A stretch of 64,000 nucleotides of DNA, from contig JAHLMM010000001.1 of NCBI GenBank assembly GCA_018920365.1, forward strand, positions 274,165 through 338,164, given 5' to 3'. The stretch comes from Candidatus Aenigmatarchaeota archaeon. GTDB taxonomy: Archaea; Aenigmatarchaeota; Aenigmatarchaeia; CG10238-14. Shown here one piece after another: positions 9,669 through 19,355 of the stretch. The translations under genes were made by a program, and so were the position numbers. The notes below the pieces were generated by a model, which searched no databases, had not been told where the DNA came from, and saw only the letters and a program-made list of their open reading frames with translations. Position 1 is the first letter of the stretch; the number at the start of each line of letters is the position of its first letter.

Positions 9669-11198
9669 CTAATTATATTTTACTTTCATTATTCTGTCTA
9701 GCCTAAAAGTTTTCAAATTTTTTGAATCATAACATAAGAGACCTTTGTATCTCTTTCCCATATAAACCATTTCGCCGACTTTGACGGGTTTTACAACTCT
9801 TTCTATGACTTGATCATTCTTTTTCAAATAAATTATTTTTATTTGCTTGTCATTTTTTATTGCATTTTCTATCATCAATATTATATCTTCATCCTTCTCA
9901 TTACCATAATTCATCCTTTTCAGTCTTGACACAAAATTGACAATCTTCCAGTCAACCATTACATCTTCCTTTCTTATAGGTTTCTTAAGAACAATTCCAT
10001 TTAAGCTTGTACATCTGCTTAATGCAACATATATTTGTCCATGGGCAAATGCACCGCTGCCAATATCTATTATCACTTTATCAAAAGTTTTTCCTTGACT
10101 TTTGTGTATTGTTATTGCCCACGCAGGTTTTATAGGATATTGAATAAAAGATCCAACAACTCTTGATTCTATTGATTGAGTTGAATCATCAAAAAATATG
10201 TCATATATGTTCCAAGTGTATGGTGTTATTTGAACTATTTTTTTATCTAAAAGCTCAATGCTTATTACATCATTGCCATCTTCGTTTCTTTCTATCTCAA
10301 CTATTTTTCCGATGCTGCCATTAATCCATCTTCCCAAATTGTCATTGTTTATGAGCATGACTTGAGACCCAATTTTTACTGCTAGTTCTTTTTCCAGAGG
10401 TAAATAACTTTCAGGAAAACTTCCTTTAACAATACCTTGATAATAATAAAAATTGCCTTTAATCTTGTCCATGTTTTCTTTGTTTATTTTGTCTGCAATC
10501 TCTTTTGTTGATGTCAAAATTATATAGAAATCATTGCTTTCAGGCTGAAAGTTAGGCAAATATCTCTTATTTATTTCTTTTAGCTGCTCATTTGTCAACG
10601 AATTATTTCTTACAGCATTCAGTATTTCTATGAATTTTTGATCTTTTTGTCTGTATATTTTTTCCAGTTCAACAAATTCAAATTCTAAATTTTCAAAGGC
10701 TTTTGCATCAAAAAAATAATGTGATTTGTAAAAACCCTTGAATATATTTTTTTCAAAATTTTTCACAACAGGCGGTAGTTGATATAAATCACCGAACAAT
10801 ATCATTTGTACTCCACCAAAAGGTTTATTTTTGTCTTTACCATTAATACGCATAAATTTGTCTATGCAATCGAGCAAATCAGCCCTGACCATTGATATTT
10901 CGTCTATCACTATTGCATCCAAATTTCTGTATATTTTAGAGTCTCTTGCTTTTTTCACTTTGCTTACTGTTATGTCAGGCCTAAATTTAAAGAATGAATG
11001 TATTGTGACTCCTTTGACATTTACAGCAGCAACACCGGTTGGCGCTAATACAACTATATTCTTTTTTGTGTTGTTTCTAAAATAGTCTAACAATGTTGAC
11101 TTGCCAGTGCCTGCCCTGCCCGTTATTAAAACATGAATGTCAGAATTTTCCATCAATTCGAACGCTTGCTTGAATTTTTCATTTATTTCGATCTTCAT
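9669..11198 (-). CDS. SF1 DNA helicase, Pif1/RecD-like
   Basis: Walker A 'GRAGTGKST' and DExx-like 'VIDEISMV'. The C-terminal barrel region resembles Pif1/RecD2. Confidence 0.6.
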   Translation of the reverse strand: MKIEINEKFKQAFELMENSDIHVLITGRAGTGKSTLLDYFRNNTKKNIVVLAPTGVAAVNVKGVTIHSFFKFRPDITVSKVKKARDSKIYRNLDAIVIDEISMVRADLLDCIDKFMRINGKDKNKPFGGVQMILFGDLYQLPPVVKNFEKNIFKGFYKSHYFFDAKAFENLEFEFVELEKIYRQKDQKFIEILNAVRNNSLTNEQLKEINKRYLPNFQPESNDFYIILTSTKEIADKINKENMDKIKGNFYYYQGIVKGSFPESYLPLEKELAVKIGSQVMLINNDNLGRWINGSIGKIVEIERNEDGNDVISIELLDKKIVQITPYTWNIYDIFFDDSTQSIESRVVGSFIQYPIKPAWAITIHKSQGKTFDKVIIDIGSGAFAHGQIYVALSRCTSLNGIVLKKPIRKEDVMVDWKIVNFVSRLKRMNYGNEKDEDIILMIENAIKNDKQIKIIYLKKNDQVIERVVKPVKVGEMVYMGKRYKGLLCYDSKNLKTFRLDRIMKVKYN

Positions 11199-11661
11199 TT
11201 AAAATCATCCTTCTGCTTTTAGGCAATATGTTTTCAATCTTTCCATTTTCTCTCAAAACACCACAACCAAAAAAATCGTTTTTATGCCTAACAATCACAA
11301 AATTATTTTCTTCGCAATTTTCACATTTGCAATAAACATCTTTTCCAGCAACATAACCATTTATGTCATCAATCTCAGCTATGTTTTTTGTTGCATCTTT
11401 TCCCAAAAGCATACTTCCTTCAATCGAAAGCTGTATTTTGTTGTTTCTTTTTATCTTACCAAAATACAAACCAATTGAATTCACCCTTTTTATATTTTTT
11501 AATTCAATTTTTGCAAGATTTCTTGAGCAAAGCCAAATTTTTTCATCAGCAGATATTATTACAACATAATCTCTTATTCTAAATTCACAGCCATAATTTT
11601 TTTTAATCAATTGTTCTATTTCTTTTGACTCTTTTGAGTTCAGTATTTTCTTAATTTGCAT
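11179..11661 (-). CDS. PUA/Nip7-like small RNA-binding protein (putative partner of the Nop2/Sun methyltransferase)
   Basis: 160 aa, overlapping the downstream Nop2/Sun gene. Size and genomic position fit archaeal Nip7-like proteins. The assignment is weak. Confidence 0.35.
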   Translation of the reverse strand: MQIKKILNSKESKEIEQLIKKNYGCEFRIRDYVVIISADEKIWLCSRNLAKIELKNIKRVNSIGLYFGKIKRNNKIQLSIEGSMLLGKDATKNIAEIDDINGYVAGKDVYCKCENCEENNFVIVRHKNDFFGCGVLRENGKIENILPKSRRMILNEDRNK

Positions 11662-12539
11662 ATGAAAAACCCCTCTGTCATGTTGTCAAACGGATTTATT
11701 CTAACAGCGTTTTTGACACTTGAATCATATTCTCGCTTTTCAAATACTGTTAAAGAATCTCGAGTTTTGATGTGATTCAATTTTATTTTCTCTGTCTTTA
11801 AATTAAGATTTTTGACAGCAAAATCTATAACTTCTTCATTTTCTTCAGGATCAATCGAACATGTGGAATATACTATAACACCACCTTCATTCAAACATTT
11901 ATATGCCGATTCCAAAAGCTGTTTTTGCAATCTACTTAGTTGATTGACCTTTCCCTGATTCCATGAACTGAAAACATTTGGATTGGAAATGCATGTTCCA
12001 GAAGAGCTGCAAGGAGCATCTAAAAGAATTTTATCAAAACTTACTTGCATGTTATGAATCCACCTACCATCCAAATTTGTTACAATTGCGTTTGCAACAC
12101 CACATTTTTGCAAATTGAATCTAAGAGCTGTTAATCTTTTCATATTAATGTCATTTGCCACTATCAAACCTTTGTTGTTCATTAAAGCCGCCATTTGGGT
12201 TGTTTTTGATCCTGGCGAGGCTGTCATATCTAACACCAATTCATTTTCTTTAGGATCCAAAACAATAGGCGGAATCATGCTTGCAGAATCCTGTATGTAA
12301 TAATACCCCAAAAAGTATTCTATGGTGTTTGTTATGTTTTCATTTGAAACAAAAAAACCATGGTCGCACCAAGGGATTTTTTCTATTTCAAAAAAGTTCA
12401 ACCTTTCAATCAATTCTTTTTTCGAAATTTTCAGCGTATTAACCCTAAAAGATTTTTTTAATTTCACAATTGTATTAAATTTATCAAAGCTTTCAGGATA
12501 AATTGTCCTTATTTTCGCCTCAAGCAATTTAGGAATCAT
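11640..12539 (-). CDS. RNA cytosine-C5 methyltransferase, NOL1/NOP2/Sun family
   Basis: SAM motif 'DMTASPGSKTT', catalytic 'DAPCSSSGT' and 'VYSTCS'. Confidence 0.8.
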   Translation of the reverse strand: MIPKLLEAKIRTIYPESFDKFNTIVKLKKSFRVNTLKISKKELIERLNFFEIEKIPWCDHGFFVSNENITNTIEYFLGYYYIQDSASMIPPIVLDPKENELVLDMTASPGSKTTQMAALMNNKGLIVANDINMKRLTALRFNLQKCGVANAIVTNLDGRWIHNMQVSFDKILLDAPCSSSGTCISNPNVFSSWNQGKVNQLSRLQKQLLESAYKCLNEGGVIVYSTCSIDPEENEEVIDFAVKNLNLKTEKIKLNHIKTRDSLTVFEKREYDSSVKNAVRINPFDNMTEGFFICKLRKY

Positions 12540-12566
12540 AAAGAATGAATTTATTTCACAAATATT

Positions 12567-13817
12567 TTAACTCTTCTTTTTTCTTTTAACCTTTTTCCCA
12601 ATTTTTAACCTCTTCATACTTTTTATGAATGATTTCAAATTTGGTTTTTTAGATACAGGCTTTATGTCATCCATCTTTTTCTGCTCATTCTCATATCCAA
12701 ACCATGGGTATATTTTGTCTCTTGTTGCCGCAAACTTTTCATCAAAAGGTTTTGGTGCATCTATTTTATCTTCTCTGAGCCAAACCGTTCTCTGCGGGAA
12801 TGGAATTCCTATACCCTCTTTATACAACCTTCTGTATATTTTGGTTATTGCTTCCTGATGAGCAGGCCATCTCTTGTCTATGTGATCAACCCAAAACATT
12901 ACTCTAAAGTTCAAAGAGCTTTCTCCCATTGCAAGGAATAAAACTCTTGCCTCCTTTTCCCTATCTATTATTTTCATTGTGTTTATTTCTTCCAAAACAA
13001 TTCTTTTCACATATTCAGGATCAGTGCCATATTCAACAGAAAAATCTATGTTTACCCTTACAGTTGGATCAGGCTGTAATAAATTTTGAATCTTAGCATT
13101 TGCCACTATGCTGTTTGGTATTATTATCATTTCATTGTCAAACGTTTTTATTCTAACAGCTCTGAGGGTTATAGAATAAATTTCACCCATTTCACCAGTG
13201 TCAAGTTTTACAATGTCACCAACTCTTATTGTCTTGTCCATTATCAATGCTATTCCTGCAAATATATTAGACAACGTCTGCTGTAATGCTAATGCAACTG
13301 CTATTCCTGCAATACCGAGGCTTGCAAGTATTGGGGATATTTCAACACCCCATATGCTTAGGGTGTAAAGCAACGCTATTACAATGAATGCAGCCTTCAA
13401 AGAACTGTGCGCAATGTTTAACAGAGTATCATCAACTTTTGTTTCGGTTTTTTCAGATGTCCTTCTACTAATTCTTATAAAAGTGACATCTATGAATGCA
13501 TATATTATGTATGCTATTGATAATGAAAACAATGTAAATATGACATGATTTATTGTTTCCAATGCGCTTTGTGTTAATGAAATCTCTCTTACTGCCAGGA
13601 AGACACTTGAAATAAATATCAGAACATTTATCGGAGTGTTCCATCTTTTTATAATTATGTCATCAACTTCTGTTTTTGTCTTTTCAGAAAATTTTCTGGC
13701 AAAAAACCTTATTGTTACAGCAAATGTTTTGAATATCAAGAGTGATACAAAGAAAATTACAAACGCTCTGATTATTTCGTTGCCTATTAATGGATCAAAA
13801 ATTTGATTCAGCATCAA
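12567..13817 (-). CDS. Mechanosensitive ion channel (MscS family)
   Basis: N-terminal TM helices followed by an MscS beta-domain ('IRVGDIVKLDTGEMGEIYSITLRAVRIKTFDNEMIIIPNS'). Confidence 0.75.
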   Translation of the reverse strand: MMLNQIFDPLIGNEIIRAFVIFFVSLLIFKTFAVTIRFFARKFSEKTKTEVDDIIIKRWNTPINVLIFISSVFLAVREISLTQSALETINHVIFTLFSLSIAYIIYAFIDVTFIRISRRTSEKTETKVDDTLLNIAHSSLKAAFIVIALLYTLSIWGVEISPILASLGIAGIAVALALQQTLSNIFAGIALIMDKTIRVGDIVKLDTGEMGEIYSITLRAVRIKTFDNEMIIIPNSIVANAKIQNLLQPDPTVRVNIDFSVEYGTDPEYVKRIVLEEINTMKIIDREKEARVLFLAMGESSLNFRVMFWVDHIDKRWPAHQEAITKIYRRLYKEGIGIPFPQRTVWLREDKIDAPKPFDEKFAATRDKIYPWFGYENEQKKMDDIKPVSKKPNLKSFIKSMKRLKIGKKVKRKKKS

Positions 13818-13860
13818 TATAATTATTAGGTTACGTGTTTAATAAAATTAATAATTAAAA

Positions 13861-14138
13861 GCAAGAGGCGCGCTCTTGGTGGGAATAGCTTCAACAGCTA
13901 GAGTTTTCTGGTTCTTGTTCTCCACCTTGCTAACTCGCGAGCACAGGAGTGTATGCCTTATGGCTGCTCGGTTCCCCGCCTGACCAGGTTCAACATACAC
14001 ACTGTCCCGGGAGACAAGGCTTCTCAGTTCAAGAACCAGGTCTAGCCGCCAAAGCTAAGCCGCCCTTGAACTTCGATCCCGCCGTATACCGGGTTTGCGG
14101 CAACAGGGTACCGGTAGCACCCCGATCTAGCCTCTTGC
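13861..14138 (-). ncRNA. ffs: Signal recognition particle RNA (7S/SRP RNA)
   Basis: A roughly 55% GC island in an AT-rich genome. The minus strand contains the domain IV helix 8 motif 'GGUCAGGCGGGGAACCGAGCAGCCA' (compare bacterial 'GGUCAGGUCCGGAAGGAAGCAGCCA') with a GGAA tetraloop. A terminal helix (gcaagaggc...gcctcttgc) bounds a roughly 278-nt RNA. Confidence 0.8.
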
Positions 14139-14227
14139 AATTAAAGATTAAGGAAAAGAATTTTAAATATGTTAGTTTTGAGGAATTTATGTTACATTTA
14201 ATTGCTTTAAATTTAAAATAATCTAAG

Positions 14228-14581
14228 ATGGAAATAAGAGAAATTCAAAAAACACAGCTAGAGTTTGACAAAGAATATTTCAAGAAATTTTGGGATATAA
14301 AAAACGAAAAGATTTTCATAGATAGGCTCCAGTATATAGTTGTTGCTTTGGTTGGAGAGATTGGTGAGTATGCAAACATTGTGAAAAAAATTTCCAGAGA
14401 CTATGAGAATTTGAACAGAAACAATTTTCACCAAAAAAGAGAAGAATTGGTTGAAGAGCTTGTCGACTGTTTCATATATTTGATAATAGCTGCAAACCTT
14501 CTCAATATAGACCTTGAAAAGGAGTTTTTGAAAAAGCTTGAAAAAAACAAAAAGAGATTTGAAAAATACAGAGATGCTTGA
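14228..14581 (+). CDS. MazG-like nucleotide pyrophosphohydrolase
   Basis: 117 aa with 'VGEIGEYANIVKK' and 'ELVDCFIYLIIAANLLNIDL', the EExxE/D-type all-alpha NTP-PPase pattern. Confidence 0.5.
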   Translation: MEIREIQKTQLEFDKEYFKKFWDIKNEKIFIDRLQYIVVALVGEIGEYANIVKKISRDYENLNRNNFHQKREELVEELVDCFIYLIIAANLLNIDLEKEFLKKLEKNKKRFEKYRDA

Positions 14582-15318
14582 TTATGAAAAAATACAAACT
14601 GCTGCTTGGTAGAAGGAAATATGTTGTTGATTTATCTAGAGAAAAGTTTAACACACAATTTGGGGAAATAGATTTGAAAAAACTGAAGAAAGCAAAGGTT
14701 GGCGAAAAGATAAAAACTCATAAAGGAGAGGAGTTTACAATAGCAGAGCCATCTTTGATTGATTTGCTTGAAAAAAAAGCCAAGAGGTTACCACAGATAA
14801 TAACACCTCAGGATGCTGCTATGATTTTGGCATATACAGGTTTGGCCAACGATAGCATCATAATTGATGCCGGTGCCGGATCTGGTTTTTTGAGCATATT
14901 TTTAGCTTATTATTGCTGTAAGGGCAAGGTAATATCTTATGAAGTAAATCAAAAATCCGCAAAGATAGCTGAAGAAAACGCAAGATTGATTGGATTGAAA
15001 AATTTGACGATAAAAAACAAGGATATTTTACAAGGAATAGACGAAAGAAATGTTGATGCTGTTACGCTTGATATGAAAGATGCTGAAGAAAATGTGGAAA
15101 ATGCTTACAATGCTTTGAAAAAAGGCGGTTGGTTGATTGTATACTCACCGTATATAGAGCAGGTGAAGCATGTTATTGAAAAAATCGAAAAGATGTTTTT
15201 TACCGAAGTCAGAACAGTGGAATGCATAAAAAGAGAATGGCAAGTAAGCGATTATACAAGACCCAAAACGCTTGGATTGATGCATACAGGATGGCTTACT
15301 TTTGCTAGGAAATTCTGA
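14578..15318 (+). CDS. trmI: tRNA (adenine-N1)-methyltransferase TrmI-like
   Basis: SAM motif 'IIDAGAGSGFLS' and the GCD14/TrmI-like 'GGWLIVYSPYIEQV'. Confidence 0.6.
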   Translation: MIMKKYKLLLGRRKYVVDLSREKFNTQFGEIDLKKLKKAKVGEKIKTHKGEEFTIAEPSLIDLLEKKAKRLPQIITPQDAAMILAYTGLANDSIIIDAGAGSGFLSIFLAYYCCKGKVISYEVNQKSAKIAEENARLIGLKNLTIKNKDILQGIDERNVDAVTLDMKDAEENVENAYNALKKGGWLIVYSPYIEQVKHVIEKIEKMFFTEVRTVECIKREWQVSDYTRPKTLGLMHTGWLTFARKF

Positions 15319-15468
15319 ATATATTTTCATGTCATATAATTAATGAATACACATTTCACAATGCTTCAAATGTATAACATAGATCCTACAAAATTTTAGT
15401 AAGATTGGACAATAAAGGTGATTTGATTTTTTATTAAAAAAGAAATGTAAAAATTATAAAAATCAAAA

Positions 15469-15705
15469 TTATTTTTTGTATTTTTTTCTAACTTTATGAT
15501 AATATATAAATGCGCCGATTATTCCGGTGATGAGAATAACTAACAACCATGATATTTTGACCTTTTCTCTAGAAAATTTTCTTTTGATAACATCAACTAA
15601 CATAAGAATCCAAAAAATTACCAGGCCTATGGCTATTGTATATAATATTAATCTAAATATAAACAAAAATCCATAAATTAATACTACATCAATACCGTAT
15701 GTCAT
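15469..15705 (-). CDS. Small two-TM membrane protein, PLDc_N-like
   Basis: 78 aa with two TM helices and a 'WILMLVDVIKRKF' motif shared with the C-terminus of the adjacent gene. Confidence 0.35.
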   Translation of the reverse strand: MTYGIDVVLIYGFLFIFRLILYTIAIGLVIFWILMLVDVIKRKFSREKVKISWLLVILITGIIGAFIYYHKVRKKYKK

Positions 15706-15709
15706 TTAT

Positions 15710-16390
15710 TCACCAATTTTGATATTGTATATTTTGCTGTTGGTTTTGATATTCTTTTTGTTTTTCCTGTTTCTTCAATTTTCTTCTAACAATAAAGAAG
15801 TACAAAATAGCCCCTAAAAACCCTGTCAATACCATGACAATTATCCATACTGTCTTGTTTTCAAACTGCCTGTTTATCGCATCAATCAGCATCCAAAGCC
15901 AAAATGCACCTAAGACTAAAAGAATTATAAACACAATTAATAGTATTTTCCCAACAAATTCAAACACATATTCTGATCCTAGTTTTTGATGGAAATCAGT
16001 ATCTACAAGCAACCATGAATCTCCGATTTTTTCAAAAATGAAATAGTTTGGCATGCCATTTATACTCCAATCACCACCTTTAGCGGAATAGACGCCATTC
16101 ACCTTTACTTGACTGTTTTCCAAATCTTCGTAAGAACTTATACTTTGTTCAAATTTTATTTTTTGGCCTGCAATATTATTTTCTATTTCACTTCTAAGTT
16201 CAGGTCTTGCATTTGGAGATATTATGCTAAAAATCGAGTCTAAGTCGTTATTGTTTATCGAATTTTCAATTGTAATTATTTGGTTTTGAATCTCTATCTT
16301 ATCAGAATAAGAAATTTGGCCTAAAACTAGTGGAAAAATGAACAGAATTATTTGGAAAATAACAAAATTTCTTGTTTTTGCCATAATCAC
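15710..16390 (-). CDS. Secreted/membrane protein with C-terminal PLDc_N-like two-TM domain
   Basis: Signal/TM N-terminus. The C-terminal 'WLWMLIDAINRQF...AILYFFIVRRK' is paralogous to 15469..15705. Confidence 0.35.
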   Translation of the reverse strand: MIMAKTRNFVIFQIILFIFPLVLGQISYSDKIEIQNQIITIENSINNNDLDSIFSIISPNARPELRSEIENNIAGQKIKFEQSISSYEDLENSQVKVNGVYSAKGGDWSINGMPNYFIFEKIGDSWLLVDTDFHQKLGSEYVFEFVGKILLIVFIILLVLGAFWLWMLIDAINRQFENKTVWIIVMVLTGFLGAILYFFIVRRKLKKQEKQKEYQNQQQNIQYQNW

Positions 16391-16852
16391 ATATTTTTTG
16401 ATTAATATTTATAGTTTTTTATTAATGTTAAATTCAGTTAACATAATTAAAATTTTAACTTGATTAATAAGATTATAAATAATACTGTGATTTTTGGCCC
16501 CATTATAAAAAATTTCCGTTAAAATAAAATTTTAACATGAATACAGTTACATTTCAAGATTCCACAAAAAAATATTAACACAACAGCTTTTTTTGAAATC
16601 TCTATAATATTCAAATATATATAGTTGGAGTAGTTGCGATTGAAGAATTTATCCAAAAAAAATACTTCAATTTAGTTGGAAAACAAAGACAAAACAAGAA
16701 TTAGATATATGATGATATTGCTGACAGAATTTAAAAAAATTATTAGAAAATTAAAATACCAGATTATAACAAGTTTGTATTTATGAAAATTTTATTAATA
16801 ACAGTTAAATTATATCAATTTTATATGAAAATTTGGAAGCCTAAGTAAATCA

Positions 16853-18100
16853 TTATTTTAAGGAGTTCGAGTTTTTTATCGATTTTTTTAATACAAAGAA
16901 TAGAGCTATTGATAGAATTTCAATGCAGACTAATGAAGCTATCATTAAAGTTATGGAAATTTCATACAAATATCCAGAAAAAACGCTGCCAAAGAACAAG
17001 GCTAGACCATATATTACATTAAAAATACCATACCCTGTTCCACGTTTTGATATCGATGTTAAATCAGCAATTGCTGCTTTCATTATTGTTTCGTGTGAAC
17101 CCATCACAACTCCCCAAAAAAATACTGCAATCAATATTAATGCTATATTATAAGAGAATATAAATGGAAGAAGTATAGCAGTAAGTATAGGCACAAAAAA
17201 CAAAATCAATAGTCCTGCGTTTTCATTTTTGTGTTTTATTTTCATATTGTCGTAAATTTTTCCTAATATTATCCCGAATATTGCATCAACACTCATAGCA
17301 ATAGCATATAAAAAAGGTATTTGTGCGTCGGATGCGATGCCATTTATCTTCAAGTGATATCCAACGATTGCAAAGTTAATAAAGCCTACAGTGGTAACAA
17401 ATGCAAAAAACGAGTATACCCAGAAAACTTTTGATATTTTTGAAGATTCTATTTTGTTCTTTGTTTTTTCAAGGTCACTTGGTGTTTTAAACTTGAAAAA
17501 AGTGATTAATAAAATAATTATCAAAATCACAAATGGAAACCAAAGCAGGCTGTAACCACGTTGATAATCTGCCGCTGTTTTTTGTGCGACTCCTAAATAT
17601 ATAAAAAAAAGCGTGAATATCAAAGGTCCGACTGTTGCACCAATCTGATCTATAAACTCAGAGATACCAAAACCAAAACCAGTACCAACCTGTTTGGTTG
17701 CATGAGAAACTAGTGTGTCTCTTGCCGGACTTCTTAATCCTTTACCAATTCTTTCAAGTACAATAAATACTGCTGCAAGTTGCCAATAATTAGATAAAGC
17801 TAGTAATGGTACTGTAATAAGCAAACTATATCCTAAAATTGTGAAAAACCAATGCGCTTTTGCTTTGTCGGAAAAATAACCTGAAAATAAACGGATTGCG
17901 TAACCCAGTAACTCTCCTATACCTACAACTAACCCTATAATTACCGCATTTGCACCGAGTGTATTTAGAAAAGGCCCATTAACACTTCTTGCTCCTTCAT
18001 AAATAATGTCTCCAAGTAAACTTATTATTCCGAAAAGCAATATGAGGATAATTGCCTTTTTCTTGTTTTCATTGAATTTCCCAAAGTGTTTTTTAAACAT
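16853..18100 (-). CDS. MFS transporter
   Basis: About 12 predicted TM segments with MFS-like loop motifs ('GKGLRSPARD'). Confidence 0.65.
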   Translation of the reverse strand: MFKKHFGKFNENKKKAIILILLFGIISLLGDIIYEGARSVNGPFLNTLGANAVIIGLVVGIGELLGYAIRLFSGYFSDKAKAHWFFTILGYSLLITVPLLALSNYWQLAAVFIVLERIGKGLRSPARDTLVSHATKQVGTGFGFGISEFIDQIGATVGPLIFTLFFIYLGVAQKTAADYQRGYSLLWFPFVILIIILLITFFKFKTPSDLEKTKNKIESSKISKVFWVYSFFAFVTTVGFINFAIVGYHLKINGIASDAQIPFLYAIAMSVDAIFGIILGKIYDNMKIKHKNENAGLLILFFVPILTAILLPFIFSYNIALILIAVFFWGVVMGSHETIMKAAIADLTSISKRGTGYGIFNVIYGLALFFGSVFSGYLYEISITLMIASLVCIEILSIALFFVLKKSIKNSNSLK

Positions 18101-18301
18101 AAATCCAATTAGGATTGGTTTGTATTTAAATTTGTTGAACTTGTGGCATTAACAGAAGTTTTCGCTTGCGAAAATTTGGGGAAAATTCGCAGAATTTTCC
18201 CTCTTAATCGCTGTTCAACGACCTAAAAAGGCAAATTCTTGATGAATTTAAGTATGAGTTTAGACGCCAATTTTAAATAAAATGAATAATATAAAAATAT
18301 T

Positions 18302-18475
18302 ATGGGAATGGGTAGCTTTCTTGACAAAATAACCAACACTGCTAAAAAATTTACGGAAAAAATACAAACAGATGTAAAAAGAAGAGAGGAAATAAAAATA
18401 TTGAAAGAGAAATATCTTTCTAGACTTTCTCAAAAAGAATTGATTACTTTATATAAAATGTATTTTAGTGATTAA
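18302..18475 (+). CDS. Small hypothetical protein (57 aa) abutting the downstream gene
   Basis: ATG at 18302 and TAA at 18473-75, immediately followed by the ATG at 18476. It is not in the ORF track because it is under 60 aa. Confidence 0.3.
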   Translation: MGMGSFLDKITNTAKKFTEKIQTDVKRREEIKILKEKYLSRLSQKELITLYKMYFSD

Positions 18476-19195
18476 ATGGTTAAAAGAAAAGATCCATTTG
18501 ATATGGATTTTGATATAGAACCAATAGATCTTTCTTTTCAAAAAAGAAAAGACCCAAATAAAATGTCTAAAGTAGAATTAATACGGGAGTTAGCAAATAA
18601 TATTTCAGAAAAAGATTTATATAAATCTCTTATCAGATTAGGAAAACAAAATATGGCTGAAGAATTTCAAAGTGAAATAGAATTAATTGAGAGAAAATAT
18701 GAGAAACAATTTTCTAATATAGATGGAAAAGAAACTGATATTGGTGATAAAATATTAGACTCTATTACAGATGAAATTATAAAAAATATGAAAGAAATAT
18801 ATAGACTTTCTTTTCATCCAAAGGATGAGATAGATTTTCATCATCAGTTAGAACCTTTTTTAAAGGGAATGATGTCAAATATGGAAAATTCTTTATCCAA
18901 GTTTGGATGGAAGACAAAAGTAGAGAGGGAACATGTACTGCCTTCAAATGAAAGAATAGATTTGTTAATTTCGATAGGGAATCTAAAAATAGGCATAGAA
19001 GTTAAATATGATTTAGATGAAACATCACAATTACAGAGGCTTTTAGGACAAATAGATAGATATTTACCTTATTTAGATATAATAATGATAGTTTCATATA
19101 GACCTTTAAATCAAAAAACATTATTATCTATTAAAAATAAAGAAATTGAGAAAAATAAAAAAATAAGGATATTGACACCCCATAAAATAATATAG
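18476..19195 (+). CDS. Hypothetical protein with PD-(D/E)xK-like motif
   Basis: 'ERIDLLISIGNLKIGIEVKYD' fits a D...ExK nuclease-core pattern. No other recognisable family. Confidence 0.4.
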   Translation: MVKRKDPFDMDFDIEPIDLSFQKRKDPNKMSKVELIRELANNISEKDLYKSLIRLGKQNMAEEFQSEIELIERKYEKQFSNIDGKETDIGDKILDSITDEIIKNMKEIYRLSFHPKDEIDFHHQLEPFLKGMMSNMENSLSKFGWKTKVEREHVLPSNERIDLLISIGNLKIGIEVKYDLDETSQLQRLLGQIDRYLPYLDIIMIVSYRPLNQKTLLSIKNKEIEKNKKIRILTPHKII

Positions 19196-19355
19196 GCGTC
19201 TAAACTCAGATGGATAGGAATTATCTTAAAAAGCTGTTTGGTTTTATAACATCAAGAAAAACTAATCAAGAATGGACACAAAATGCATTGAATTATGGAT
19301 ATGATTTGGAAAAAAGTAAAAAATATAGACAGATAAATATTTATCAAAAATTTTA

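Noticed and set aside
13949-14221. 90-aa ORF on the plus strand
   Set aside because: It lies entirely within the GC-rich SRP RNA gene, which is encoded on the opposite strand. The translation is an artefact of GC-rich sequence.
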